Source: Welwitschia mirabilis (Eukaryota). Taken from it: a DNA stretch of 63,880 bases. The stretch lies in NCBI GenBank assembly GCA_051453625.1, contig JBOZIK010000001.1:47736809-47800688 (forward strand), read 5' to 3'. Positions 12,236 to 25,460 of this stretch are shown here, piece after piece (position 1 is the stretch's first letter; each line of letters begins with the position of its first letter). Position numbers and translations under genes: made by a program. The notes below the pieces were generated by a model. That model did not search any database. It saw only the letters and a program-made list of their open reading frames with translations, and was not told the origin of the DNA.

Positions 12236-15200
12236 TGAACTGAAGAGATGCCTTCCAGCTGATAGTAGAATTACAGAGAGTAAAGATGTATCTTAAGAAA
12301 TATCTTCATCTATCTAAGTCACCACCATAATCATAATTAGTAAATCCTACTACATTAGTCGATGTAGTGTCACTTCCATAAAACACTAAGCCTAAAGTAA
12401 AAGAGCCCTTCAAATAATGAAGGATCCATTTTACTACATTCTAGTGATCCTTTCCTGGATTATGCATGTATCGACTTACGATACTAATAGCATCAGTGAG
12501 ATCAGGTTTAGTGCAGATCATAGCATACATTAAACTTCCAACAGCATTAGCATAAGGAATGGTTGACATACTGTCAATCTCTTTTTTGGTTTTTGGACAA
12601 CAATCTGAAGACAATTTAAAGTGAGTAATGAAGGGAGTGAAAATAGGTTTATAATTTAACATATTAAACTTATTAAGAACTTTATGAATATATTTGCTTT
12701 ATAAGAAAAACAATTTACCAGCTTGATGGTCTCTCTGAATTTCCATACCAAGAATTTTCTTGGCTTCACCCAGATCCTTCATCTCAAATGCTTTATTAAG
12801 TTGTGATTTCAACCTATCAATTAAAGACTTGTTGCGAGATGCGATTAACATATCATCAACATAAAGCAACAAATACATAAAGGACTTATCAAGATACTAC
12901 TGGTAGTATATACAGTGGTCATATTGACTTCTAATAAAGCCCTACCCTATCATAGATGCATCAAACTTCTTGTACCATTGTTGTGGAGCTTGTTTAAGGC
13001 CATATAATGATTTGTTTAGATGACACATATAATGTTCTTTTCTTGAGGTTATGAAATGATCAGGCTGGTTTATATAGATTTCTTCATTAAGGTCTCCATG
13101 TAAGAATGTCGTTTTGACATCAAGTTGATTTAACTCCATGTCAAATGAAGTAACCAAGGCAAGTAGCATACGAATTGAATTATGACGAACTACAGGTGAA
13201 AAAATTTCATGGAAATCGATACCTTCTTTTTTGTTGTAGCCTTTGACAACCAATTGTGCTTTCCATCTTGCATTTTCAACTCCGGGTATGCCTTCCTTTT
13301 TCTTATAAATCCACTTACAGTTCAAAGGACATTTATTAGATAAAAGTTCACACAAACTCCAAGTGCTATTTTTATGAAGACTATCCATTCCTTCATTCAT
13401 TACCCTGAGCCATTTAAAAGAATCAGCACACGAAACAACTTCTATATAAGATGAAGGTTCCATATCATCAGGAATTTCCTAGGTAACTGAAAGGGCATAT
13501 GCAACTAGTTTGTCATCAGTATTAAGATATCTAGATAGTTTCTTTATCTCCTCGGATGATCTTGAGCAAGTGAATATTCCTACTGTGGTTGATCAGGAGT
13601 ACTAATACTTGGAGTATTCTCATCAATACTTGCTTTAGTAGAGGAGAAAGATGTGGAATTTGCATTCGTCGATGGAGTGGATGTAACCTCTAACTCCATC
13701 TACTTATTAGACTTCTAATTTATAATATCTTAAGAAGAGGAAGAAGAAGAAGGAGAAGAAGAAACAATAGAATCTTTCTGAGGAGTAAGTAAAGCATCCT
13801 CATTAAATGTTACATCTCTACTGAGAATTATCTTATGCAACTCAAGACACCACAAACGGTATCCTTTAGATTCAGAAGTATAACCAATGAATATATATTT
13901 AATAGCTCTAGGTGCTAGTTTACCATCATTGGTATGGGCAAATGATGGACAACCAAATATTTTTAACTAAGAGTATTTAACAGGATTACCTAACCAACTC
14001 TCTTCTAGAATTTCAAACTCTAGTGAGAAATGTGGAGATGTATTGATAAGATAACAAGCTATAGAAACTGCTTTAGCCCATAAATCATGTCAATGTCATA
14101 GGTTTGCATTGAAAAACATACAACAAGCCCTTTCAAGTAATGTCCTATTCATGCATTCTACAATAGTATTTTATTGTGGTGTTCCAACTAGTATTTTGTC
14201 GATCAATTCCATGATTAGTACAAAACTCATTAAAATATTGTGAATAAAACTCTAACCCATTATTATTTCTAAGTTTTTTAACCTTCTAGCCTGTATGATT
14301 TTTAATGAGAAGTTTCTAATGTTTAAAAGTTAATAAAGATTCATTTTTATGCCTTAGAAAATAAACCTAGACTTCACAAAAATAATCATCAATAAGTGTC
14401 ATCATGAAATGGCAACCACCAATAGAAGATACTTTGGAAGGTCACCATAAATCAGAGTGAATATAATCCAGCACACCTTTAGTGTGATGAATTATAGTAG
14501 AGAAACTTACTTATTTTTGTTTGCCAAAAACACAATGTTTACAAAATTCTAATTTACCAAGATGCTGACGATAGAGAAGATCTTTTTTACTTAGGATGTG
14601 CATACCTTTTTCACTCATGTGATCTAACCGCATGTGCCACAAACGAGTCACGTCTGATTTAAGCATAGAAGTTGAAATAACTATAGAACCTATAATTGTA
14701 GAACCTTGTAAGACATACAGGCTACCACATCGGTTAGCCTTAAATATAACAAGAGCACCTTTAAAAATTTTGAGAACTCCACCTTCAGCTACATATTTGT
14801 ACCCTTTTGATTCAAGAGTACCTAATGAGATTAAGTTTCATTTAAGGTCAGGAATAAAGCGTACTTCGTCAAGAGTCCTGACAATTCCATCATTGCTTTT
14901 GATCTGAATATTCCTATTCCTTTGACCTTACACTGGGTATCATTACCCATTAAAACAATACTAGAACAAACACATTTAAAAGTCGTAAACCAATCCCGAT
15001 AAGGATAGATGCGAAAAGTACAACCCGAATCAAGAATCCAATCAGATGAACTTCTATCATCAGTAGAAGATTTAGACAATAATACATCACCTTCAGTATC
15101 AGTTTCAATGATGCTTGCCTCTGCAAACTGTTGAGGGTGTTTCTTCTTTACTTCCCTACCCTGTTTATTTTTCAATTTATAACATTCAGAAAGATCATGT

Positions 15201-15916
15201 CCGAATTTTTTACAATATCGACAAGTTTTAGCATTGGACTTACGTCCTCTAGACTTTGACCTAGACTTACTGTAGTTCCTTGTACATACATGATTACGAC
15301 TTCGACCTCTGATTATTAGACCTTCACCCTTATCTTCAAAGTGAAACTCTGAATCAAAATTTTCTTTGGATAAAAGATGGGCTTTAACATCTTCAAAAGA
15401 CAAAGTGTCTAAACCACCATACAACATAATTTCCTTAAAATGCCTATAGGTAGGAGGTAAAGAGATAATTAACAACACAGTTTTATCTTCATCTTCAATA
15501 TGCACATCAAGATTTTCCAGATCCATTGTAATTGAATTAAACTTATTAAGATGTGCTTGAACAGGAGTACCTTTAGACATGCGAATGGTGAATAGACGCT
15601 CCTTGAGTCAAAGCTTATTGGCAAGGCTTTTCGTCATGTATAGCGCTTCCAGTTTAAACCATAGACCAGCAGCAGTGGTTTCATTGACGACTTCACGAAG
15701 AATCTCCTTGGATAAACATAACTGAATTGCCGTCAAAGCCTTTTTGTCTAACTCATCCCATTGCTCGTTGGTCATGGCCTCTAGTTTTTTTGTTTTTCCA
15801 CCTAAGGCCTTCTGCAAGTCGTTTTGAGTGAGAACGACCCTCATCTGAACACGCCATATAGAAAAACTAAGTTTGCCATCGAATTTTTCTTTGTCAAACT
15901 TCATTATAGTGGCCAT
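12236..15916 (-). pseudogene. gag-pol: Copia gag-pol copy 1 (gag, CCHC, protease, integrase, RT, start of RNase H), disrupted
   Basis: ORFs 15608-15916 and 14831-15580 (CRYCKKFGHDLSEC, WILDSGCTF), [13 protein letters not shown] (~14605-14645), RT ORF 12942-13463 (QLDVKTTFLHG, SLYGLKQAPQQW), YVDDML at ~12846-12863. Confidence 0.95.
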
Positions 15917-17710
15917 TCTTAGACAGAGGTATCGCTTAGAGAGAAAGCACTGAAGTATTTCTAACTAGGGTGAGATACTTGTTACACTAAGTGTAGGCCT
16001 TATAGAGGACAAAAAACAATTGGCCTCACAAACAATATAATAAAAGAAAAATATGTAAGGCCAAGGCCTCCACAACAAATAATATACCAAGGGGAAATAC
16101 AATGCTTATCGGGTTTAAAATTACACATACAAATTCCAGGCGGCGATAAACAAAATAAAACCTAGGACTTGTATAATAATCTGCCCTAAACCACACACAA
16201 TAATAATATATAGTGTCGTTAATACGATATCCAAAAAACAATTATAATTTATTGTGAAGTACAAAATTTTTTTTTTATGAAACCAGCACTACAAAACGAA
16301 CCAAAATCAATCAAGCTACAGTGGCTGATGTCGATGCCAAAAAACCGAACTAGACACGCGAAAGATATGAGGCATCTAACGTGAAAGCAAGTTAATTGGC
16401 AGATAAAAAAAATTAATTTTCCAGGCGGAGACACATTGCGAAGTAGTAAGGCATGCAGATGCATAAAACGTTACATAGACGGAGAAGAGCTACACAGGCG
16501 CAGAGGCTCACATGGTGCTGCAGGAAATTTGGAAATCACAGCGATGCAGCGAAGGATCTGTCGATGCAAGAAGACATGACCGAGAAGGAACAAAGATAAA
16601 ATCTCTAAGCTACACACGCACTGGTAAAAGGAATCCGTGGAGGCTCGCAGAAGAGATCAACAATGAAAAATCCACAATGGAAAAAAATTAAAAAAATGCT
16701 GACGCTCACAGACATAAGTGAGGCGTTAGGCAGGAATGAGCCTTACTAGCAGAAAGCGCCAAAGAACAATGCAGGCACAGGGATCGGGATGATTGACAAT
16801 TCATCAAAATGGTGACGAGTCATGTAAAAAAACGATGCTGGTGAGTAAGTGATGCTAGCTATTAAGTGCGAAAGAGACTAGGAAAACCAGTTTGTGTAGT
16901 GAGAAAAGGAGGAAGGTTAAGGCTCTGGTGAGAGATGCGCAGAGCACAGTGCAAGTCGTCAAAGAGACATTCTTTAACGCAAGGTGACAATGTGATGCGA
17001 CGAGTGAATGCGCTGCATAAATACAAAAGACGTGTGGAGGTGCATTGTGAAACGCACGGGGGCGCAGCCAATGGCACCTGTGAAACGCTTAGGAGGCACC
17101 ACTATTATTTTGCTAAAGTATGCACCGAAGCGAAGAGAAAAAAAACTACAGGGCTGAGGCGAACGTGAAAAAAATGGTGCTCAGTAGAGGTGTGCCGTGG
17201 AACACATGGCAAGCATGGAGGAGCTCTGAGCAACAACACATAAAGGAGCCGTTGCAATGGTGAGAGCACTGGCATTGTGAACTTCGCGAGAGTGTACATG
17301 GATTAAGGCGCAGGTGAAGTATAGCACAAGGAGCAGGCAGCGCACAGAGGTGCGAGCATAGTCCACTGGAGAAAAGCAGGATGCAAGGATGGAGGCAAAA
17401 CATGAAGGGAGCATCTAGAAAGAGTGCGTAGGTGGCTGTGACATGCAGAGAAACTGGGCCAAGCGGGAGCAGGAAGAAGATCAACGAGCAAGGTGCGGCC
17501 TCTGGAATACATAGACAACAGAGTGGTCGAAGCGTGTAAGACGCAGTTGCGCAGACAGACCCTGACGCGGTGGAGGGACAGAGGAGCACATAGTGTCGAC
17601 GCAGTTATAGAAGACAGTGCAGACACAAGGCAGTGTGCTCAGGCAATGAAGCGAGGCGGCTGGACATGCAAGAGATAGCACAAGAAAAGGTGGCAAAGGG
17701 GCAGATAGCG

Positions 17711-17722
17711 ACTCTGATACCA
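17711..17722 (-). promoter_or_regulatory. PBS complementary to tRNA-iMet
   Basis: actctgatacca = tggtatcagagt on the minus strand, 2 nt from the LTR. Confidence 0.92.
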
Positions 17723-17724
17723 CT

Positions 17725-17910
17725 TGATGAGTCAGCGATGTAAGAAATATTGTTACCCCTCTACCTTTGAGAGCTAAGGGTGTATTGTATTTATAGCAAA
17801 ATACGCCCAACATTTTCAGGCATAAACTATGAGTGGATGACAGTTTGAGATGCCACCTCATCCAGAGAAGATTTAGGGATGTGGGCTCAAATTTGAGCTA
17901 CATCTTAACA
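17725..17910 (-). repeat. Copia 5' LTR (186 bp)
   Basis: Direct repeat of 8475-8660, TG..CA ends, adjacent PBS. Confidence 0.95.
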
Positions 17911-18149
17911 AGCCTAACATAAATACCAAGTGTATGTGTAGCATGAAGAAATTGATCATATTGATAAAACTATCAAAAGAGTAGTGCAGTCTTATGCAAA
18001 GGTAGACTTTACAAATATGCTATTAAACTGTAGGAATCAAGGTCTTCCAAGAAGGTAGTAGAACATTTACAAATTCTTACTGAAAGAAGGTATTATTTCC
18101 TCTAATTTGAATGGGATAATTTATAAAAAATTACTATCTAGATCAAGGC

Positions 18150-19250
18150 CTAGCTCATGTGGGGGAAGTCATAAGATTACAGGCAGAAGAGGAAGTTGAT
18201 TCTTTGTCTTATGTAAATGTTGCCACTTGATGAAAAATCTTGGATATAATATAAAGTTACCCATGTAATTTAAATCCCAGAATAGACAGGCAATGTGCAT
18301 TCAAAAGCATAAAACATCCTACAGCTCATCTGCAGGTACATTAAAATAATGAGAAACAAATAAGCATTCGGAACATTGATTTTCCCTTGAGACCGAAAAG
18401 AAATAGTTATGATTGATGTTGGATGCATTTCCTTTAGCCGACATTGTGCTTCTGATTTCTATACTAGCGACAAGACTTGTTTTGCAGGAGAGTAAATCGT
18501 TAGGCTTTATTAGCACTAGTCTAGATTCATCCTTAGGCCTTGATATCATGGCCTCTTGTAGTTTCTTCATCATAGATGAACCATCCTTTGATTCTTTCTC
18601 TTCACTATTATGAACTGCATTCAATGATTTATGATTACATGAGGTAATGGTATTCTTATTATCTTCTCCCATAGCATAGGATGACTAAATTTGTGAAGTT
18701 CCTATAGCTTTTTTATAATGCTCTCCTACAACCTTTAAATGAAAATGGAGTGGTAACTATTCCAATAGTAAATATTCCAAGAGACTTTCTTACACCTACT
18801 ATCATAGAGGTGACCACTAATTCTTGTCCCACCATCCATTTGAGGTGTCACAAATACCATATTTAAATCTAACATAGTTGCCCAACTAGATTTGTTCTTT
18901 TCTTAACAGTATTCATTCCTGTTTCTGGATTACCTCTGCACCAAGTCTTCTGGTTAATTCTCTTCCAATTTGTAACCAGTTCTCTAGAGAAACAGGTGAT
19001 ATTTTCATAGCTTGGACATCTATATTAACAATTTAGAATTCTATTCCTTTCATATCACTTTCAATCATTCTATTAATAACGTTGGATCCACTAATCTTCT
19101 CATAGAATGGAAACCTCGAGTTGTAAATCCAAGAAAGAGTCTTGCCTTCTTGATTCTGAAATAGAAGCCATGGTTTCCCTCTAAGGAGTATGTTTCCTTA
19201 GATATTTAGAAAAAAGCTTTAAGACTATAGAGCTTGGAGTCGTTTTGAGC
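18150..19250 (-). pseudogene. Possible highly decayed L1 LINE remnant (ORF1 DUF4283-like and RNase H-like traces)
   Basis: Minus translation gives GNILLRGKPWLLFQNQEGKTLSWIYNSRFPFYE (~19100-19197), YENITCFS (~18985-19010) and KWQHLHKTKNQL (~18195-18230). These resemble L1 motifs only loosely. Confidence 0.25.
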
Positions 19251-20299
19251 TAAACAAAACTCATATAGTCCTTTTCCTTTTTTATTAAGTTGTGTTTGTA
19301 CCTTGCCTTTATAGGACCGTCATGCACAAACAAATTAGTGATAATGTTTTCATGTGCTAGAGCATTGCTGCACTACATATGAGAAGGAAAAGTGGATCCC
19401 AGGGATAGATTTACACATAAGCCATGAAGTGTTATCGATTCTATTAACATGGTAAAAAAGCTAAGCCCATGTTGTTAGTTTGTTTAGTAATTAACTATGA
19501 ATTTGAGTGCTCCTATCAATTGCCTCATAGAAATAAACATGCATAATAATCTTTGTACCATGTTTGGCTTTGGATGCATTAACTGAGTTGCTTTCCTAAT
19601 TTGACTTTAGTTACTTTGTTTTTTAAGAATACTATCAAATCACTCAATTGAGCATCATAATTGGGAACTAAATCATCATTATTGCTAGACCTCCTTACTT
19701 GTTGAAAGAAATTTTTAAGCTAAAAATTTATAGATGATTATGAGTTGATAATGTAGTAATTGTAAGTGTTAAGTATGTGGATGAATGACATACTGAAGGG
19801 ATAAAAGTGTAGAATAACATGAATGAGCTGTAGAGATATTCATTACTTTTGTGGAGAACTTTGGATCCACTCAATTTCACTCTCTAGGAAATGAGTAGTT
19901 GAGTAAATGGTGAAAAAGATAGTATGGAGACTAAAGTCCTTTGGGTAGAAATACTACTATAATTAAGAATCTCTATAAGAATGGACAAAGAAATAATGAT
20001 GGAGAAAGCCAAAGGTAAAATTTATGTTATTATCGATAGATGCTGAAAAGATCTTATTGCTACTTAAATGTATGCATTCTCTAATCTTTAAAGCATTTTT
20101 GTTAGAAAGTATCCTTATCGAAGATATAATATGATCCCATTAAACATAGACTCTCATATTAAACATAGACTCCTTACATCTTTGAAATATTTTTCATGTG
20201 AAGCATCACATGCAAAATGACATTCTAATTTAACTCTTGGACAAATAGTAAGCAGTAAATACTTGACGCTGCATATGATGTATTACAAGACTTTTTAGT

Positions 20300-23200
20300 A
20301 GTTGCATTCTCAATACCATCATGTACTCTCTATTTCTCTTTCTATGAAAATTTAAGTGACAAATTAACCTCTTATTCAAATGATTCATTTTCTCTAAGAG
20401 TTTTACCATCCAAACTCACACTGCACACTACTATTCAAGACATCTTTCATGAACTTTGCTTATGGATACCTTCTTATAGATAGTATACTATTAACCTCAT
20501 ATGTGAAATGAATGAAGTAACTTACTATGTCTTGTTTTCACAACAATAACTAAGCTAGCACCATAATTTTTATTTTGTGCATCAACTACGAAGGCCTAGT
20601 CATCTCTTTGTGATTCTATTTTTTAGTCTTCCCCTACAAAATTAGTATCTCAAGCATCTCTAATAAATAGATATGAAATATTACTTCAAAGAAATAATTC
20701 TTCTAGTCTTATTTCTTCTTTACTTATAAAGTAGGGATCGCTTTAGAGATTAATTCTAAGGGATTGCAATTTTTCATAACTTATACACATTAAGATATCA
20801 TCAATTTATTTTTAAATGTTTCTAAGTTTTTACTTGGGGTGATGTTGGTCACAATAGAATCTTGGATAATTTAGTATTATACTCATGTCACTTCTTTTCT
20901 TATAATTTTATAATATTTAGAGCATATTTTTGAAGCAAGTCACTAGGACTCTTACTTTTTATTGTCAAACTCTAAACATAGAATATGCCCCTAATAGAGA
21001 AGGTGTCCTTGCTTGTAAATACCTTTATAGGAACCAACCCACCCTCTTTATATTTTTTATTAGGAATATATTTCCTATCTCCCATCTTCATGCTTATAAT
21101 AGTCATTTGTACATGATTAAGATAATCTAAGATACCAAAAACTTTGATATGATTAAATGCCTTTTCATAACTACAAGCATAAAGTTTTGGATAAAATTTT
21201 GGATTTGTTTTATTATGGTTTTCCATAATGATACTAATTCTACCTATTTCAAAGAGTATTCAATAGTAATAAGAATATAAACATGTTGTTTAGAAGAAGT
21301 GGGTGTGTACTTGATTTCTTAAAAATTCAAATTAAGTCAAAAGGAAAAATTTAATAAGTGATTAATGTATTTAATGAGAGGATCTGACAAATGTGACATG
21401 TTTTCACCATTTTCAAATAGTAATAACTCATCGTTTTACAAAAGTAACTATACCTATGACATGAATTAAGATTAATTTTATCCCCTCATGGAGTTCACAG
21501 AAACTAGCATGTGTTTCCGTTAGGATGTAGCAACTTCATTTGACTTTATCTATCTTAGCAAGATATTATCAAGCAATTTCTTGTACTAATGATTTTGGAT
21601 CATTCTAAAGCATGCAACTTGATCTTAGAAATTCCTTCTTTGCATAGATGTGAAATTTTCTAGTAACTTTGATAAGTAAGGTAATTTATCAAAGTAATTC
21701 ATCATTCATTTTAGGATTTATCACTAGTTAGTCCATATCATCTTATGATAATTATAAATCAGCCATAATTGATTGTTGATTTAAAAAGTTTTAGTTTATG
21801 ATTGATGCATTTTATGTATTGCTTAAAATATGGGTCTCTAAACCAAGTTTAGATTAAAATAGTAAGGTAATCAAGAAGTTGATTTTTGTTTGTATGAATA
21901 GTAAGAATTTCATAGTGATCAAGGAAAGAAAGAAACCTTTTTACCATTTCAAGGTAAAAGCCTCAAAGCATTGATTTTTCTTCACATTTAATTAGGATTC
22001 AGTTAATCACCAATTGTAAATCACCAAAAATGTATAGTTTATTTAAACCAAATTGAATCATGAGCGTAATTCGTCTTGATAAGGCTTCATATTTAGCAAT
22101 GTTGTTTATATAAGAAACTTAAATCTAGAGAAAAATGATAAACTTATTTTGTTTCTTAAGAAAATGATACTCTTGCAAAACCACCATTTTTATTTGATGT
22201 CATTGAAGAACATTAATGCATCCCAATCTTTTTTTATTTTAATGAAGTGAATTTCCTTATCAGCAAACTATTTAGATTTATTAACATTTTACCTTTAGCT
22301 TTTATTGATAGATCTGCTATCTATTCAATGATGCATTTATCCTTAACCAATGTTTTTAATTGATATTTTAAATCAAATTTGGTAAGAATTAATGCCCAGT
22401 TAGTTGAACATATACTACTAGTATAATATTTAAGCAAATGCTTGAGTAAATTCTGGTAGTTAATTACAATTATCATCATGTAGTGGCAAAATTTTTGTGA
22501 AATAAAAACTAAACTTAAACGTTCCTTTTCTATATTAGTGTAATTTCTTTCATATTGGTGTAATGTTTTACTGATATAGTCAACGAGGTAATATTATATA
22601 GTTCATCTCATTGAAAAATCATTGCACTATTGAGAATGGTATATGTGCTTAATAAAGGTAAAATAATTAATCTAAATTAGATAGACTTGAAACAAGAGTA
22701 GATGTTTAATATTTCTTAATTGTACCTAAAGCTTTTTAATAATTTTTGTCCTATTTTTACTAGTTGTCTTTCTTAAGTAGATGCATAAATGGTTTAAAAT
22801 AATCTATTAAGTTTAACATGAATTGATGTATTACTTGTAGTCCACCTTGTAAACTTTTTAATTCTTTCAAATTATGTGGTGATGGCATATTGGAGATTGT
22901 TTTAATCTTTTCAAGGTCAATTTCTATCCCTTATTTTGAGATCATAAAACCTAAGATTTTTCTTAATGACATATCAAAAACATACTTTTTTGGATTGAAA
23001 TATAGATTGTATTGCCTTATTTGTTTGAAAAGATATTTCAAATAATTTGAAAGATCAATGACAGCTTTTGATTTAATCAGAACATTATGAACATAATCTT
23101 CAACATTTTGTGGTATCATGGATGGAATATGTATGTTATTTCTCTTTAGTATATTCTACAAGCATTCTTTAATCCAAAAGGCATCATGACACAACAAAAA

Positions 23201-23900
23201 AGACACTAAGGTATGATAAAGATTGTTTTGTATTAATCTTAAGAATTGATAAATATCTAGTTATAACTTAAGTAATCATTTATGAATGATAAAATGTCAT
23301 AACCAGCTTGTTGTCAACTAGGATATTAATATTTGGTAAAGAGTAATTGTCATTTAGGGTTACTTCATTTAAATCATGGTAATCGATACAAATTCTAATT
23401 TGACCATTCTTTTTTAACCATGTCTGATAAATAATCTAAATAATTTGCTAGCTAGATAAAACCAGCAGTTAAAAGACATTTTAAATCTTATTTAAACATA
23501 AATGTAAGATGGGGTTTAACTTTTCTAACCTTTTATTTTTCTAGGATTAAATTTAATTTTAAAATTATGTTATGCATGATAATCAACTTATTAATACCTG
23601 ACATATCCTTATAATGCAAGGTGAAAATGTCTTTATTCAATGACAAAATACTTTAACTTCTAATTTGAGTTGTTATGATAAATATTGATTGATCTTGAGT
23701 AATTTTTCTTAAGTAGTGGGATCTATTAGAAAATCATACATTTTGACATCTCATTATTTTACTAAAGATGATTTTATCTTTTGGGATTTCATCATTTCAT
23801 ATTCTTAATTATTTTCAGCTATCAGTTTTTATTAAAAAAAAAAGTGATTTTTTAAATGATTTATTATAATCAAAATCTATAAGAGTGAAATGAGTATATC
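20300..23900 (-). pseudogene. pol: Ty3/gypsy Tat/Ogre-type pol remnant (RT, RH, additional archaeal-like RH, integrase)
   Basis: MMPFGLKNA (23161-23187), LYFNPKKYVFDMSLRKILGFMISK (ORF 22931-23119; cf. LNPKKCVFGVSSGKFLGF), NNIAKYEAL (~22080-22107; the aRH NN.AEYEAL motif) and integrase-like TFSIRGI (ORF 20972-21226). Order is RT-RH-aRH-INT. Confidence 0.8.
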
Positions 23901-23947
23901 TCATAAGATATTGACTAGAAAAGATGATTTATAAGGATGAATTCAAT

Positions 23948-25460
23948 TAAGGATTGTTAAACTCAAAGGGGAGGGGTGGATGAGGTCTATCAAAACTAAA
24001 TTTTATTAAAAAATAAATTACAAATAGTATAATAAATACCTTATTGAGATCATGTGGTTTCCCGACCTAGGTAAGTCCACAAACAGAGGGTAGCTTTCTC
24101 TCACATCTCTAGATATTCTTAACCTGTAAATATAGTGGTTTTGGAGCATCACCAACTTACATACAATATGAGATGCTTCTTTCAAGGTAGCACTTTCTTT
24201 CCCTTAGGGATAACCAATAACATAATACTAAAAAAGTGCTTACAAGTACTAACACAATGTAAAATGCTCTTTGCAAGGTAGCATTTTCTTTCCCTTAGGG
24301 GTATACAATAATACAATAATATAACATGCTCACAAGCACTTAAAAGCACACCTCTACAAGGTTTACCTTATAATATGGAATCCTAGCAAGGGATCTTTAG
24401 GTTTGATAATATAAAAATGAACTATAGTAGGAGTATTTAAAAATATGATAGTCCTATAATTTTGTTCTAATAAATAATGACAACAAATGAAATAACAAGC
24501 CTAAAATGATGTGTCTTTGAAGATGCACTTGAGTCCTTTCTCGTTATCATCACCCACAAGTGTCAAAGATTAATGTAATGTTATAGGATCTAATGAACAA
24601 ATAATGTAGGTACTTGATAATCCCTTGAAAATAATAGCTTAATGCTTCATGAACAGATCCAATCACTCATGTGTTCATATGTGTATACACATTTTGTTCT
24701 ATAGATCTATTGTCAAGACATGCCTTTATATCTTTGGATGAATTTATAGCTATTTAACCTAGAAGATAGTTGTTTAAAATTTGTAACCACCATAAAATAA
24801 ATAGAAATAGCTAGGTATTAGGTACACAAAATATATTTTATTTTCTAGTGAACTTTTAGCACAGACATCTTCAAGATGGTAGACATATTTTATCAGTTAG
24901 ATGTCTTTATCATGGAAGACATCTTTGATTAAAATGTCTAGAAATTGATGAAACTTAAACTATGGAATCTTTGACCCTTAATGATCATAAATCCATGATG
25001 TAAAACTTGATTGCTTCCTTGGAATATGAATAATTTATCAAAGTATAAATTATCCCGCTTACCTCTTTCAGCTTAGTGTAGACATATTTAACTATGTAGA
25101 TGTCTTTGATCCATCTTAGATCCATGCTTCAGTAAAGTCATGTTTATTGAGATAGATATATTTCATCAATGATTAAAAATTAGTTCAAAATAGATGTCTT
25201 TAATGCTATAGACATCTTTCCCACAGACATATTCAAATGCGTAGATGTCCTTTCCATAGACATCTTCAACTCTTAAGACATCTTCAATCAGTTTGGATTT
25301 GCATTTTAAGATCTAAGCTAAACTTTCTATGAGATTTAATCTTTGAGATCTAATGTGGACTTATGCTTTTCATGATTTAATTTTCTCCAAATTAACCTGT
25401 CTACATAATAGCATAATATATTTGACAAGTGGAAACATCAAAACTAGATTTTTACCAATA
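23948..25460 (-). repeat. Sirevirus B 3' LTR (~1.5 kb)
   Basis: Starts taaggattgttaaactcaaaggggaggggtggatga, ends catcaaaactagatttttaccaata. Contains agacatct/agatgtct arrays at ~24860-25285. Confidence 0.85.

Larger units (their letters stand above)
8475..17910 (-). mobile_element. Ty1/copia LTR retrotransposon structure (Tork/Tnt1-like) with duplicated pol
   Basis: Two 186-bp TG..CA LTRs, PBS, PPT and gag-PR-INT-RT-RH order on the minus strand. The lineage call rests on the gag N-terminus KFDKEKFDGKLSFSIW and is tentative. Confidence 0.92.

Noticed and set aside
16862..17861. Cluster of overlapping 60-150 aa ORFs as a novel gene or antisense ORF
   Set aside because: Expected by chance in GC-rich, stop-poor sequence. 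There are no motifs, and one ORF simply reads through the LTR.
18319..18672. 117-aa ORF as a host gene exon
   Set aside because: No recognisable domain or supported splice structure, and it is embedded in decayed repeat-like sequence.
19330..20150. DNA transposon (hAT/Mutator) remnant
   Set aside because: No terminal inverted repeats, TSD or transposase motif could be identified.
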